Shown here piece by piece: positions 28,301 through 39,600 of a DNA stretch of 64,000 bases. A program made the position numbers and the translations under genes. Origin of the DNA: a virus. The stretch lies in IMG/VR virus record IMGVR_UViG_3300017754_002544, positions 1 through 64,000 of that record, one strand, 5' to 3'. The first letter of the stretch is position 1, and each line of letters opens with the position of its first letter. Below the pieces are notes generated by a model. The model was not told the origin of the DNA, did not search any database, and saw only the letters and a program-made list of their open reading frames with translations.

Positions 28301-28652
28301 TTATCAAGCTAATGTCACAAACGCTCAGAACTTAGCAAATACCGAGTTGTTTAATATTGGACAAAGAGATAGACAAAGTGAAGCAGATATAAGAAACAAA
28401 CTAAGTTTTGAACAAAGGCAATATACAGCATTAGCTAATACCCAAGAGGAATTCAAGAGGTACTTTGATAGACTTAATGATATCAGATTGAATGAATACT
28501 CAATAAATCAAAACTTAAATATGCTAAATCAAATTTATCCTGATTATAGTCTAGATAGTACTGGTATGTCGATAGAGTATACTCCAGAAGAGATAAATAA
28601 GATAAGAGAATTGAATCAATACTCTCAATTATTTGGTAATCCATATATATGA
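25377..28652 (+). CDS. Putative internal virion protein
   Basis: 1091 aa; N-terminal AELEGDE...GEPHSKGGV...IISNKL domain; seven GG motifs within 25977-26693; poly-Pro; Gln-rich coiled-coil C-terminus. Confidence 0.6.
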   Translation: MKKFDTKKIKIKSKKEPSMEEKLTGSVISELKTDKVEPNAELEGDEIVQFPDGLIQTVKGEPHSKGGVKMNIPDGTRIISNKLTLSKKDVTRLKDKYDLNTSTNDTYAKAFDKFLKKSGITRLNEEQKGYFETLKKQLESESIPSATFRLNQEHLSKKISEIEMQKQIKEDVKKEVFNDIFQMQEVSKSPDKKAKSESGEYKYGGTYRKFAMGGFQPMNGMPYGNYSGLYSKGVSPNIPMMPSTPPPPPPPPPMSQKGKDMFKAEKGGTKNEFSISEIKVVPKPRTRYADGGPKNPCPEGMTYDPVYGCAPVDTIIYPPGDSEYMNQPRLNYDIIEMLNQKYRRDAEEYIRDMNDPTNIQRATPAEQQKFYMNQGLVSAQNGGTINMSGATYAKGGEKKSGYGNLTQSQFQSLCKKYGMTEEQGKVLLLSKTKQYAIGGVADSGDPYVVVNPDGTHVLRTSEGDMPLGKGDYKINPDGTVDVFKQVGASRMITTPYYYQNPQSDTEDLLTPEDYVKGDYASAAALGKASPTNINLVQKEDGSFEAIKPETSETRTIPNKDVVVNNDGTATVKVDGNNVTTEYQVVNKETGELESPVVQVAESIDKTPKGMTKQEYLALKKELDSPIKIAKAYSEGKIDAQTANKLQFILDNSTGALFTTSTAGKSVYSKSELYPATYQKVNEAAHGNITKEDLPLVMEYLYKNFPDIVSSEDIFGGKFDESGKFTYNESLDFTKASEQVGKFQERANDRMKATARVILDNAHLFDTKDVEEARRFLSDETFNEGLPARKFDKLLGNFTSGRYNLGVNVVSKDELQKLNALNIYTIKDLNKAIEENPELISDASKARLYELSDIMSDDSDFLLNPTVEPEVPEEEQVVEQKPISEDVTLPKPFIPTRYFTPDVAPLPPTAMMPHFMGQSQFGLAEPVRIGIEQQVQATNDIMRDVSRQVQDLPPQQRALVMSQMQAERGKQLNDAAYQANVTNAQNLANTELFNIGQRDRQSEADIRNKLSFEQRQYTALANTQEEFKRYFDRLNDIRLNEYSINQNLNMLNQIYPDYSLDSTGMSIEYTPEEINKIRELNQYSQLFGNPYI

Positions 28653-28718
28653 TAATGTCTGATTATTTTTGCATATTAAATTAAATATTACTAATTTTAC
28701 ATTTTAAAATTTTAAGTT

Positions 28719-31607
28719 TTGGCAAACGCTTATAGTATATTACATAACTACGATAGGCCTCTATATACACCTAATTATGAGCTTATTGCTACTGCTATGC
28801 AGTATAAGCAAGGTAAATTAGATGCAAATAGGGCTAGATTACAGACAGTTGCTGATCAAATAGGATTTGCTGACGTTGCAAAAGATCAAGATAAAGATTA
28901 TATTGAAAATAGATTACAAAGTGCTGTAGATATTGCTAATAAATATGCAGCTTTAGACTTATCATCTAGCTCATTAACTAATCAATTAATTGGAAAGGTA
29001 TCAGAAGTAGTTGATGACAATGTTAAAAACGCAGTATTATCAACCAAAGTTTACCGGTCTGAACAAGCAGAATGGGCTAAAAAGCAAGAAGAGGAGCCAG
29101 AATTGTACTCAGAAGACAACTATCAATACGCAATGAGGGGAGCTAATGCTTGGCTCAATGATGAAAAAGTTGGAACTAAGTATAATGGCGGAGGTGGATT
29201 TATAGCTTATGATAACTATGGAAAGAGGGTCCAAGATAATATTATAAACATAGCTAAAGAGCTGAAAGCTACATTCCAGTGGCAAGAAAATGGACAAGGA
29301 ATCTTTATAGATAATGTCACTGGTGAAGCAGTTGATAGAGGGAGGTTAGAGTCAGCTATTGATGCTGTTATTGGAGATACTGGAAGACAGCAAATGTCAA
29401 GAGAAGCCTGGAATAGAAGTAGATTTACAGAAGATGAAGCACTAAGAGCAGAATATGATTCTAGATTAACTCCTCAAATAGATGAAGCTGATAGATATGT
29501 AGTTAATCTAAAATCTATGATAAGTAAAGAAACTGATACTAGTAAAAAAGCAGAGTATCAGGCTAATTTAGAATCATGGAAAAATAGAAGAAACTTATTA
29601 GAGACTCAAAGTTATGATGCTTTAGGAAAAGAAAACGCATTTTACGTATTACACTCAGAGAAGTTCAAAGCTAATTTCTTAGATGCATATTCTTATAGTC
29701 CAAGAGTTATTAAGAGGGAAGTGGATCAAAACTCTGTAAAAACTACTGAATTTAAAGAAAAAGTAAGACAATTTGAATTAGAGTACTCCCTTAAAGAAAA
29801 AGAATTTCAACTCAAAGAAAAAGAGTTTGGCTTAAAAGAAAAGAAAGCTATGTTTGATATGGGTATAGACCCACAGACTGGCCTACCCATTGATAATAAA
29901 GGGATTATACCAGGTACTACTCCAGAAGAATTTGGGTTATTTGGAGCAGGTAGTGGTGCATATCCATCAGAAACATTTGCAACAGATAAGTTTAGAGAGC
30001 AAATAAATTCTAGTATACAAGGTTTAAATGAACAATTAGGAGGGAATTTAAGTGAAGCTGATTTATTAGCTATTGCTGAACAAGTAACAGAAGCTGATAT
30101 AGCTAAGGGTGGTAAAAAAGTAGTAACAAGACTCGATGGAAAAACAGTAACTATTGATTTTGATAACAAGAATACAAGAGATGCTTATATTAAATTTAAA
30201 ACTAATGTTGCTGAAAGTTCTCAAGAGTTAACTGAAGTATACGAGGGTATTGGATCAGTTAAGAAAAACCTATTAGATAATTACCTAAGTCTATTAAAAA
30301 ATGGAGAATTAGAGAAATTTCAAAATCTTCCAAATTATTCATATGTTGTAAAAAATGTTAATGGCAAGCTTAAAGTTGTACAAAGTGCAAAGGGAACTAA
30401 TGATTTTGCTAGAATAGTTCAATCTATACATGATAAAGGTGGCGGAGTAGAAGGTTATAATAAACTTTCTAAAGAAGATAAGGCAAGTCTAGATATGTAT
30501 TTATATAATAGAATGGTCGAAGATAATGGCACAGATACTAGGACAGGTACTTTTATCAAAGAAAAAATGAGAAGAGACTTAGTAGAAGTTGTTGGTTGGG
30601 ATGGTTTAAATGGAAATTTCACCGACACTCGTAATTTTGGTAATTGGGGAACTTTTTCAATAAACTCAGGGTATCTTTATGAAAAAGTTAGAGGAACTAC
30701 TGGATCACCTTCTGAAATTCTCGGTTCAAAGTATGCTGCTGATTTAGAAGTTGTAAAAAGAACTGCTGAAGAGTCTATAAAATCTAGTGATTTTTATCCT
30801 AGAGTTCAAACATTTATTGTAACTAAAGACAGTCCAAAAGCAAAAGCTTTGAAAAGTGCAATTGGTAAATCTACTAACAAAAATGATATTCAACTTACAA
30901 CTGAAGTAGATGATGAGGGAAATCCTACTGGAGCCTTTTATTATTCATACTATGAATATGATAATGACTCAAAACAGCATAAGCTTGTCGTAAATAAAGA
31001 TAATAAAATATCAAAAGAAACTGCAACAGCTTTAGGACTTAATGTAACTGCATTTAAGGCTGATTATGATGCAAGTTCTAGTGGTGCTCCAACATTTAAT
31101 TTAGGTGGTGTCGGATCTGCATATAGTGGAGCTAAAGATAGAGCTCAAACTAAGTATGGCACATTAGCAATGGATGACGCTACAGTTCTTGAAAATACTT
31201 TAAATATTGCATATGAACAAGGAGGAGAGTCTCTTTACAATACTGTATCAGATGAAATAAGATCCTATCATGGAATGATGCCATCTGGAAATTATACTCC
31301 AACTTTAGCTGAAATGAGTGGATTTGCAGAAGATACAGGAGAAAGTATTTTTAATTTAAAGTTAAGACCTAGAGATGGTCAATATTACTTAGATTTAGAA
31401 AAAAGAGGAAAAACTGTTTATTCTACACCATTTGGATCTAGTTCATTTACAGCAGCGGAGTTATCAGATTTTATGTATGACGAAGCTCACTATTTTAAAA
31501 GTGCTACATTCAATATGTATTTGAACTCTATGATTGGGGGATCAGCAGCTCAAACAGCTATAAAACAATCTGAAGACAATATAAGAAGAATGCTAAATAA
31601 TAGATAA
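28719..31607 (+). CDS. Putative internal virion protein (TTG start)
   Basis: 962 aa; helical N-terminus; EKEFQLKEKEF coiled-coil repeat; located in the cargo block. Confidence 0.6.
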   Translation: MANAYSILHNYDRPLYTPNYELIATAMQYKQGKLDANRARLQTVADQIGFADVAKDQDKDYIENRLQSAVDIANKYAALDLSSSSLTNQLIGKVSEVVDDNVKNAVLSTKVYRSEQAEWAKKQEEEPELYSEDNYQYAMRGANAWLNDEKVGTKYNGGGGFIAYDNYGKRVQDNIINIAKELKATFQWQENGQGIFIDNVTGEAVDRGRLESAIDAVIGDTGRQQMSREAWNRSRFTEDEALRAEYDSRLTPQIDEADRYVVNLKSMISKETDTSKKAEYQANLESWKNRRNLLETQSYDALGKENAFYVLHSEKFKANFLDAYSYSPRVIKREVDQNSVKTTEFKEKVRQFELEYSLKEKEFQLKEKEFGLKEKKAMFDMGIDPQTGLPIDNKGIIPGTTPEEFGLFGAGSGAYPSETFATDKFREQINSSIQGLNEQLGGNLSEADLLAIAEQVTEADIAKGGKKVVTRLDGKTVTIDFDNKNTRDAYIKFKTNVAESSQELTEVYEGIGSVKKNLLDNYLSLLKNGELEKFQNLPNYSYVVKNVNGKLKVVQSAKGTNDFARIVQSIHDKGGGVEGYNKLSKEDKASLDMYLYNRMVEDNGTDTRTGTFIKEKMRRDLVEVVGWDGLNGNFTDTRNFGNWGTFSINSGYLYEKVRGTTGSPSEILGSKYAADLEVVKRTAEESIKSSDFYPRVQTFIVTKDSPKAKALKSAIGKSTNKNDIQLTTEVDDEGNPTGAFYYSYYEYDNDSKQHKLVVNKDNKISKETATALGLNVTAFKADYDASSSGAPTFNLGGVGSAYSGAKDRAQTKYGTLAMDDATVLENTLNIAYEQGGESLYNTVSDEIRSYHGMMPSGNYTPTLAEMSGFAEDTGESIFNLKLRPRDGQYYLDLEKRGKTVYSTPFGSSSFTAAELSDFMYDEAHYFKSATFNMYLNSMIGGSAAQTAIKQSEDNIRRMLNNR

Positions 31608-34600
31608 TGCCAACTTACGAAGCAACAATACAAGATATCATAGATGGCGTTAAACGCCGGACAGCTCCAAAACCACAACTTAATCAGCCAGACTTAACCG
31701 TTAAGTCAACACAAAATAGGGGATTAGTTGGTGTAACTTATGATGTACCAATGGATGCTATTTATGACAGGCTTTCAGATGGATCATATATTGCTAAATA
31801 CGACAACTACTTAGATGCTTACGGTAATGAAGATAGGCTAGGAAGACAACAATCAGCCACAGAGCAATGGTTTAATGGTATTTCAAAAAACCTAACTAAA
31901 GTAGGTACATATGCTCTAGACGCTACGTTAGGTACAGCAATTGGGCTAATGGATGGTATATCTGGAGAAAATGTCTATAATAATACCTTTTCTAACTGGG
32001 TTGATGATACTAATAAAAGATTAGATAATGCGCTTCCAAACTATTATACCAATGAGCAAAAAAATATGTCAATTTTTGGAAGTGCTCTTACAGCTAATTT
32101 TTGGGCAAATGATGTTGCTGGAGGTTTAGCTTTTGTTGGTGGAGCACTACTTCCAGAGGTAGCTATCGCATTTGCAACAGGAGGTGCTTCAATACCTGTA
32201 AGTGTAGCCAAAGCTGGAGCAAGGACAGTAGCTAAAAGCTTATTCAAAGCTGGTACCAAAGAAGTTATAAAAGAAGGTGCTGAAGCGTTAGGTAGAGGAG
32301 CTGTTGGAAAGCTTGATGATCTTGCTAAATATAGTAGAGCTGAAATAGGTGCTAATAGTGTAAGAGCTTTAAAAAGAGCTAACTATTTTAACACATTTGG
32401 AAATGTGGCAAATACAGCTAGATTTTTAGCGCAGACTTCAAATTTTGAAGCAGGTATGGAAGCTAGACACAATTTTAGAGAAGCTGTAGATACATATTAT
32501 AGTGATTTTAGGATTAAAAATGGTAGAATGCCAACATTTGAAGAGGCTAAGGATTTTACCAATACTGCCCTACAATCAGCTAATTATGTGTATGGAGCCA
32601 ATCTAGCTATTCTATCGTTGTCAAATTTAGCTATGTTTGGTAAAACTTTTGGAGTCGGTACTAAAACATTAAGTAAGTTAAATAATGCTGGTAATAAGCT
32701 TATTGGATTAGGCATAAAGAAACAAGCAGCTGGAATGGTTGCTTTACAAGAGGCAAATAGATTTCAAAGAATAGTTGGAAAATCTTATAAAATTTTAAGT
32801 AAACCTGCTATAGAAGGTATCTACGAAGAAGGTATGCAAGGTGTCGCAGGTCAAACTATGCAAAATTACCTTAAAGCAAAATATGACCCAGATTCAGAAG
32901 ATGCCTATGGATTGTGGTCATCATTCACCGATGCTATGGCCCATCAATATGGTTCGAAAGAAGGGTGGAAAGAGATGGGTATAGGAATGCTAATTGGATT
33001 TGGAGCTCCTGTAATTCAAGGACAGTCTGCACCTGGATTAATGAAAGATAGTTGGAAGTCTAGAAGAGCACAATTAGAAAAACAAGTTGAGTCAGTCAAT
33101 AAAGCTCAAGCGAATTTACATACTAGAGTTACTGATGCAAATGCTATAACTAATTTTAGTAAGGTAATGAAGAGCAAAGCTGATAAGTATGAATCTACAT
33201 CTATAGACAATGCTGTAATAGACGCTCAACATATAAAAATACAAGAACAATTAAAATCTGACAATGAAATTTTAGAAGACTTTAATTCTGTTGTAGACAA
33301 CATGCAATTAGAGGATGACCAACTTGCTGAAATTGGAGGAAGTGATAATCTAACAATGTATAAGCAGTCTCTAAAAGATGAGTTCAAAAGAAATATGGCT
33401 GACTATAGATTTGCAAGAAAAACTGTAGAATCTTTAGGCCTTGATAAAAGATTAAAAAATACTGGTAAAGGTAACGTAGGAGCAATAGCTGACGCTTTGA
33501 CTATGAATATAATGATAGGCAAAAGCTCGTTAGAATCAGCAAGAAATATAGGAAGTCAAATTGATACTTTGATAGGTTCAGAAGGAATGTTCAGTCATAT
33601 GGAGCATTATAGTAATTTGTCAAAAGATGAAATAAAAAAGACAGAGCAGTTAAAGTCTAAAAAACAAGCACTTAGTGCTGCTAAATCTAGAGCGAATAAA
33701 TACGCTATGGAATTAGCTAAAATGCCTACTGGCACATCTGAAAGCAAAACTAAGTCTAAACAAGATGCCTATAAAAGAAATAGTGAGAAAAGAGTTGCTG
33801 CTGAACAGGAAGTAATTAGGCTTACTCAAGAAATAAAAGACATAAGTAATGATTTAAAGAAGTCCTCAAAAACAAACACTTTTAATATAGACCAATTAAC
33901 ATCAGTAGATTTAAATACACATGATGTTGAAAGAATGGTCGAAGAACTAGATAAACTTGATGCATTTGTTGAATCTCTTGAGAAATCGGGTAGAAAATCA
34001 GATGCAAGAATGTTATCTGGATTAATCGAAGAATTTAAGTCTTATTCAGATGCTCATAGAGAGATGAATAACACTGTTCGAAAAATGATAGATACAGATT
34101 TTTTTGCTAGTAAAGAAGGAAAAGGATTCCAGAATTATATTTTAGGCAAAAAATACCAAATGTCTGATGAGTTTAGACAAATAATTAGAGACAATGATGC
34201 TGTAATAGATAGGTCATTAAATTTAGTTGGTATAAGAGGTCAAGAGTCTATAGAAAGAATTATTGAAGAGACTATTCAAAATAATAATGAGCTATCAGAT
34301 AGAGAAAAGTATAGATTAGAATCAATTATAAGACTTCAATTAGGATACGCAAAATTAGAGCAAAGAATAGCTGTAATTCAAGATGAAACCGAAATTTCAG
34401 TAGCAGAAGAAGAGCCATCTGGTGACCCATTAGAAGGAGATACAGTAAGACTTAAAAATAAATTAAATACTGAAGGAAAGGACTTAGGTAACTTAGAAGT
34501 AATAGATGAATTAATTTCTAAAATAACTTCTGAACTAGAGCAATTTAGACTAGGTAGAGTTGATAATAGTCTTGTAGAATCTTTAGAAAACCAACTTGAA

Positions 34601-36655
34601 GAGTTAAAACGTCAAAAGGAAAAGCAAACAGCAACTCCAACTTCAACAACTTTAGAACCTATAACAGAAGAAGAAAACTTATTAATTTCGGATATAGATT
34701 CTAAAATAAAAGAGTTAGAAGACGAATTAGAAAAAGCTAAGAATACAAAGTCCATAAGAATTGTTAATTCTGCTGAGTATCTTAGACTAGAAGAGCTAAA
34801 TAAAAAATTAGTTCAAGGAGTCCTGACTCCTAGTGAAATAGAGGAGCTTAAAGAGTTAGAACAAGACATAGACCAATGGATGACTATAACAGGTATAGTC
34901 GCAGAAGGATTCAGGTTAAGTGATTTAATCAAACAAAAAATAGCACTTCAGAATTCAATAATAAGACCCATAGAAAATGTTGTTACAATCACATCTCAAG
35001 AAGTTCTAGATTCAATAGATTTTGGAGAGAAGACTACTGCAACTAACTATTCAATAGGTCAAAGTTATGACTCTGTAACAGCTATCATGACAAAAGATAA
35101 TACAGGTAAGCCTGTTATTGAAATATCTGGAATTAATGCAAACGATTTCGCTGAAGAAGTAGGGTTTCCTTTTCCATTTAAAACAAATGATCAGAATAAT
35201 ATTTTAATTGATGAGGAAACTAGAGTACTGATAAATGAAAATAGTAACATATCAATACTGCCTACTAATAAGAACTTGACAACTAACTATAGTATAGTTT
35301 TAAAAACAACTCAAAATGTAGATGGAACTACAACTACATCACCTTTAAAGTCAAGCTTCAATAACGAGTTTACTCAACAACAATCATCTGAAATGATTTA
35401 TCTCTTAAGCAAAGGAGATGAGCTAGTACTTGAAGTAGATCCAACAGATTCATATAATGTAAAATTACTTGATGAATATAAGAAGGCAAGAACCGATAAA
35501 GCTAGAAGTAAAGCTTTAGAGAATCTCAAAAAAGGCCTTGTTATAAAAGTGAAAGACAAGAATGGAAACTTTTTAGCAGTGTTAAAAGCTAAAAGAAAAA
35601 ATGCTATAAAGAATAAGGAAGCATTAATATTTGAAGCTCTAAGAGATAAAGTTGTAGATGACGAAGGATTTATTGATATGATATCAGAAGTACCAGTAGC
35701 TCAACAACTTGATTTTGGAAGAGTGACTGTTGAAAAAGTTTACATAGGTCAGCCTAATTTTTATTTTTCTAAAAATGCTGATGGAACAGTAACTATCGAT
35801 AGCAGAGAACTAACTCCACAAGACATAGATAAAATAGATGATATAGGGTATGTTCAAAATGGTCAAGCAACGACTAGAAAAGGAATGAAGAATATTGATA
35901 TGACATTTATGAACAAAGTCATAAAATCTCCATCAGATGCTAAAGTTCCTTTTATTGTATTCACTGTTGGTAAAAATAGAATTGCATATCCGGTAAAAGT
36001 AGCTACTACTAAAATAGAAGACTTAGAAGAGTTCAGAAAAATATATGAGTCAGATACTGACATAGTTGATAAGGCAACAGCTTTAAATAACTATATGGCT
36101 AAAAAGGGTATTGACATAAAATTGCCTGGTAATTCATTTATTTCAGTTGGAGTAAACAACGTAAATGATAAGTTTTTTTCTGAGAAACTTGCACAATTGG
36201 AAAAAATTGAGTACTTTCCCAACTTGGAAAATTGGGTAAATATAAAATCTGATATGGCAATGACACTAAGTAGTGGAGTATCTATCGACATAAATTTATC
36301 TGAACCTATATTTGGTCCAAAAGTAAAAATGAATCTTTCAGAATTAGATGTAGATACTTCAGCATCGGCATTAGTGAATCTAAAAAGTCAATCTGATGCT
36401 CAAGCTGAAGCAGCGATAATTGCTGAAAGAGATGCAGCTTTAGACAAAGCTAAGACTGATTTCGAAAATGCAAAAAGGAGCAATGATCCAGATATCAATT
36501 TAGAAAAATTAGAAGAGGATTATGTAAGAACTATGTCAGAGATAAATGACATATATGAGGAAAAACTTAAATTAATAGGTACTGCAGGTACTACTATGAG
36601 AGGAGTGTCATCTCTATCTTCGTTAATAAGAAACGCTAAAAATCAAAGTTGTTAA
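31607..36655 (+). CDS. Large putative ejected protein with membrane-type helices
   Basis: 1682 aa; Gly/Ala hydrophobic segments (GLAFVGGALLPEVAIAFATGG; MGIGMLIGFG); EAGMEAR and EGIYEEGMQ motifs; coiled coils; terminal Cys. Confidence 0.6.
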   Translation: MPTYEATIQDIIDGVKRRTAPKPQLNQPDLTVKSTQNRGLVGVTYDVPMDAIYDRLSDGSYIAKYDNYLDAYGNEDRLGRQQSATEQWFNGISKNLTKVGTYALDATLGTAIGLMDGISGENVYNNTFSNWVDDTNKRLDNALPNYYTNEQKNMSIFGSALTANFWANDVAGGLAFVGGALLPEVAIAFATGGASIPVSVAKAGARTVAKSLFKAGTKEVIKEGAEALGRGAVGKLDDLAKYSRAEIGANSVRALKRANYFNTFGNVANTARFLAQTSNFEAGMEARHNFREAVDTYYSDFRIKNGRMPTFEEAKDFTNTALQSANYVYGANLAILSLSNLAMFGKTFGVGTKTLSKLNNAGNKLIGLGIKKQAAGMVALQEANRFQRIVGKSYKILSKPAIEGIYEEGMQGVAGQTMQNYLKAKYDPDSEDAYGLWSSFTDAMAHQYGSKEGWKEMGIGMLIGFGAPVIQGQSAPGLMKDSWKSRRAQLEKQVESVNKAQANLHTRVTDANAITNFSKVMKSKADKYESTSIDNAVIDAQHIKIQEQLKSDNEILEDFNSVVDNMQLEDDQLAEIGGSDNLTMYKQSLKDEFKRNMADYRFARKTVESLGLDKRLKNTGKGNVGAIADALTMNIMIGKSSLESARNIGSQIDTLIGSEGMFSHMEHYSNLSKDEIKKTEQLKSKKQALSAAKSRANKYAMELAKMPTGTSESKTKSKQDAYKRNSEKRVAAEQEVIRLTQEIKDISNDLKKSSKTNTFNIDQLTSVDLNTHDVERMVEELDKLDAFVESLEKSGRKSDARMLSGLIEEFKSYSDAHREMNNTVRKMIDTDFFASKEGKGFQNYILGKKYQMSDEFRQIIRDNDAVIDRSLNLVGIRGQESIERIIEETIQNNNELSDREKYRLESIIRLQLGYAKLEQRIAVIQDETEISVAEEEPSGDPLEGDTVRLKNKLNTEGKDLGNLEVIDELISKITSELEQFRLGRVDNSLVESLENQLEELKRQKEKQTATPTSTTLEPITEEENLLISDIDSKIKELEDELEKAKNTKSIRIVNSAEYLRLEELNKKLVQGVLTPSEIEELKELEQDIDQWMTITGIVAEGFRLSDLIKQKIALQNSIIRPIENVVTITSQEVLDSIDFGEKTTATNYSIGQSYDSVTAIMTKDNTGKPVIEISGINANDFAEEVGFPFPFKTNDQNNILIDEETRVLINENSNISILPTNKNLTTNYSIVLKTTQNVDGTTTTSPLKSSFNNEFTQQQSSEMIYLLSKGDELVLEVDPTDSYNVKLLDEYKKARTDKARSKALENLKKGLVIKVKDKNGNFLAVLKAKRKNAIKNKEALIFEALRDKVVDDEGFIDMISEVPVAQQLDFGRVTVEKVYIGQPNFYFSKNADGTVTIDSRELTPQDIDKIDDIGYVQNGQATTRKGMKNIDMTFMNKVIKSPSDAKVPFIVFTVGKNRIAYPVKVATTKIEDLEEFRKIYESDTDIVDKATALNNYMAKKGIDIKLPGNSFISVGVNNVNDKFFSEKLAQLEKIEYFPNLENWVNIKSDMAMTLSSGVSIDINLSEPIFGPKVKMNLSELDVDTSASALVNLKSQSDAQAEAAIIAERDAALDKAKTDFENAKRSNDPDINLEKLEEDYVRTMSEINDIYEEKLKLIGTAGTTMRGVSSLSSLIRNAKNQSC

Positions 36656-36659
36656 AATT

Positions 36660-39600
36660 ATGGGTTTAAAATGTAGGATATCATATTTAGATGGTAAAGC
36701 AATTGTAGTAGATGCAAGAGGAAATAGGTCTAAATTATACAATGATTTACTTGCGTACACTAACAATCAATCAGACGCATTAGATATGTGGGTTACAGCC
36801 TACTCAAGAGAGTATGGTGAAAGGGGAGAAAACACTACAGTTTTAGACTTAGTTAAATTCTTTGATAGTTTAGTAGCTTCTAATCAAGAGTTAACTCCAT
36901 CAGAAAAGTTCCAGGTTCAAGATTTTATGAGAAGAAATAACATCGTGTACCTATCGGATTTAAATAAGATAATGACTACTGTATTTAAATCTGAAGGAAT
37001 ATTCAAAGTTAATCCTGAAGCAGCAATAAGCTCCAATCTTTTTTCTCAAGAAGAGATAAGAGATTTGAATGTTGAGGACATGAAAAAACTTCTACTAAAG
37101 GTAGAGGGGCATTTGGCAAAGGAAAACTTCTCTGTAGAACCTGAAGGTACAGAATATGTATTCAAAGACTCTGCAAAGAAAAGTATATTTGGAACATACT
37201 ACAATGTATCTCAAACTGAAATAGACCAAGATATTCTAAAGGCTATAGATAACTTCACAGATGTTGAAAGCTTTTATAATGGGATAAAAACACTTCCATA
37301 CGAAGATTTTGTAAATAGGTTTCTAGAAGATGACGCATTTGCTAATGATGTCATGAATAGATTTAGTGGACTTAAAAAAATACCAAAACTATCTTTCGTA
37401 GATGGAAAATTAAGCTCTGAGAATAACAAGCTTTACACGACTATCAATAACACTATCATCTCATCAATAGACACAAAGTCTTTAGAGGTTGATATGGAGT
37501 ACTTAGATTCGATACCTGATGCAATATGGTCCGATAATTTTGAGCTTGTTAGTAATGTATTAAAAGAAGTTGAAGGTACATTTGCTAAAGCTAATATTGA
37601 TATTGTAGGAATCTCTGAACACGCAGATAAAAGAGCTCAAGTTATGGGGTTGATTTCTGCAGGTATAGAGATGGCCAACAATACTAATAAGAGTACGATA
37701 AAGAACTTTGTAGAAATTCATAAGAACTTAATTCCTTCTGAAGATACAACTATCGTAGAGAATTTACCTGAGCAATACATTGGATATAATATCGTTTCAT
37801 TGTATACGAATAAATCAGAAGCAGAGCTATTCTCAAATCATGGGCTTATAAAAGTTGGTGAGAATCTTTATCATAAAGTATCTCAGGATGCAGATATAAA
37901 TGATTTAAGAGAGTATTTATTTGATGAGATTAAAAATAAAAGATTCTCGTTACCTGAAAATTTTAGACTTGAAAAAGACTTAAACAATAAGCCTAATGTC
38001 CTAGAAGATATTTCTAGATATTTATTATCGAGAGAAGTACCTAGTGGAATAGTTAATAGAGAATTGTATTCAGGATACCAGGTGGCGTTTAACCACTTAC
38101 CTATCGAATCTAGAGAGCAAGATTTAAAATTGTTATCTTCTATTAGAACTGATGCAACTTATTTAAAGACTAGATTTGTAGCAGATTTCTATAATTACAT
38201 TCTTACTGAGAAGGCAAAGAATTCAGAAGTGTATAATTCAGTTCTTTCTAAATTTGAGATAACCGACAAAGACATCGTAATGGTTAGTCCGGTAAAATCT
38301 ATAGATGGAATTGAGTATAGCAAAGAGTTAAAAGACTACATAAAGTTACATAAGGACTCCAATATGAAATATCTAGTTGAATCTGAAGATACTATTGTGT
38401 CCGAAGATTTAATGATGATTAACTATCCTAAAAGTAAATCAGAGTTTGAAGGAGATTTTATTTTGGATGGAAAGTATGTTGTGACTAATTCTACTTCTGA
38501 CAACTTTATTAAGCTAAATAATATAATTTATAGAAAAGGATTAGAAAGAGATAATGCAGCGTTATTTGTGCAAGTAACACCTAAGACAGATAGCACATAC
38601 TATTCAACTGATATGTATTTCAATTTTGATAGATTGGAAGCAACAGCTGTTTTAGATGCTTATGGAATGCTATCACCTAATAGTGTTGATTACGCAAGAT
38701 TCAATAACGTAATAGCTAAGTCTAGATTAAATGATGAGATGTCAGTTCAGTTGAAGGACAAGTCAACATTAAAAGATAAAAGCTATACATTCTTTACAGT
38801 TAACGATGCTATTGTAGCTTATAAAGATGGGGTTAGAGTTGGAGCATTAAGATACACAAGAGTTCAAGATGGGTACGCTGATCCACAAATAACAGTATCA
38901 GAAATACATAGAGGTAAAGGTATAGGTACTGAGTTGTTCTTAAAGATGTTTGATAAAATTGGCAAAGAAGGTAAAAAACTATACATACCAGACATCAGAA
39001 CTCAACAAGCTGACAATGTTATTTCTAGATTATCTGACTTAGTTGTTAGAGAGGAAGATGGTGGATATAGATTAAAGGATGGTGAAAAAATTCAGCCTAG
39101 CACAACAAATTTTCAAGTTGTTGGATGGCATGGCTCACCTTATTCTTTTGATAGATTTACTACTGAAAAAATGGGTACAGGAGAGGGAAATCAGACTTTT
39201 GGTTGGGGATTGTATTTTACTGATTTAAAAAGTATTGCAGAGGAATATGCTACACATCTAACTAAAAGTAAAAGTTCTAGCCCATCAATATACATAAATG
39301 GAGTTTTTAATGACAAATTATTTACTAATATCGATACGGCTCTTGGGCAAGATTATCTTACAGATGGAGAATATAATGTAGATAAAATAATTTCAGATTT
39401 AAATAGTGTAATTAAAGAGACTGAAGATTCTCTTAAAAAAACAAAGGATGAGGATATAGTTAAGCAAACAAATTTATATATTAATGATTGGAAATCTGCT
39501 GTTGATACTTTAAGTAATTTAAGACAAGATACATTTAATGTAAAAAATAGAGAAGTCTTGAATAAAAATTTGTACAAAGTAACTCTCCAAAAAGGTAAAA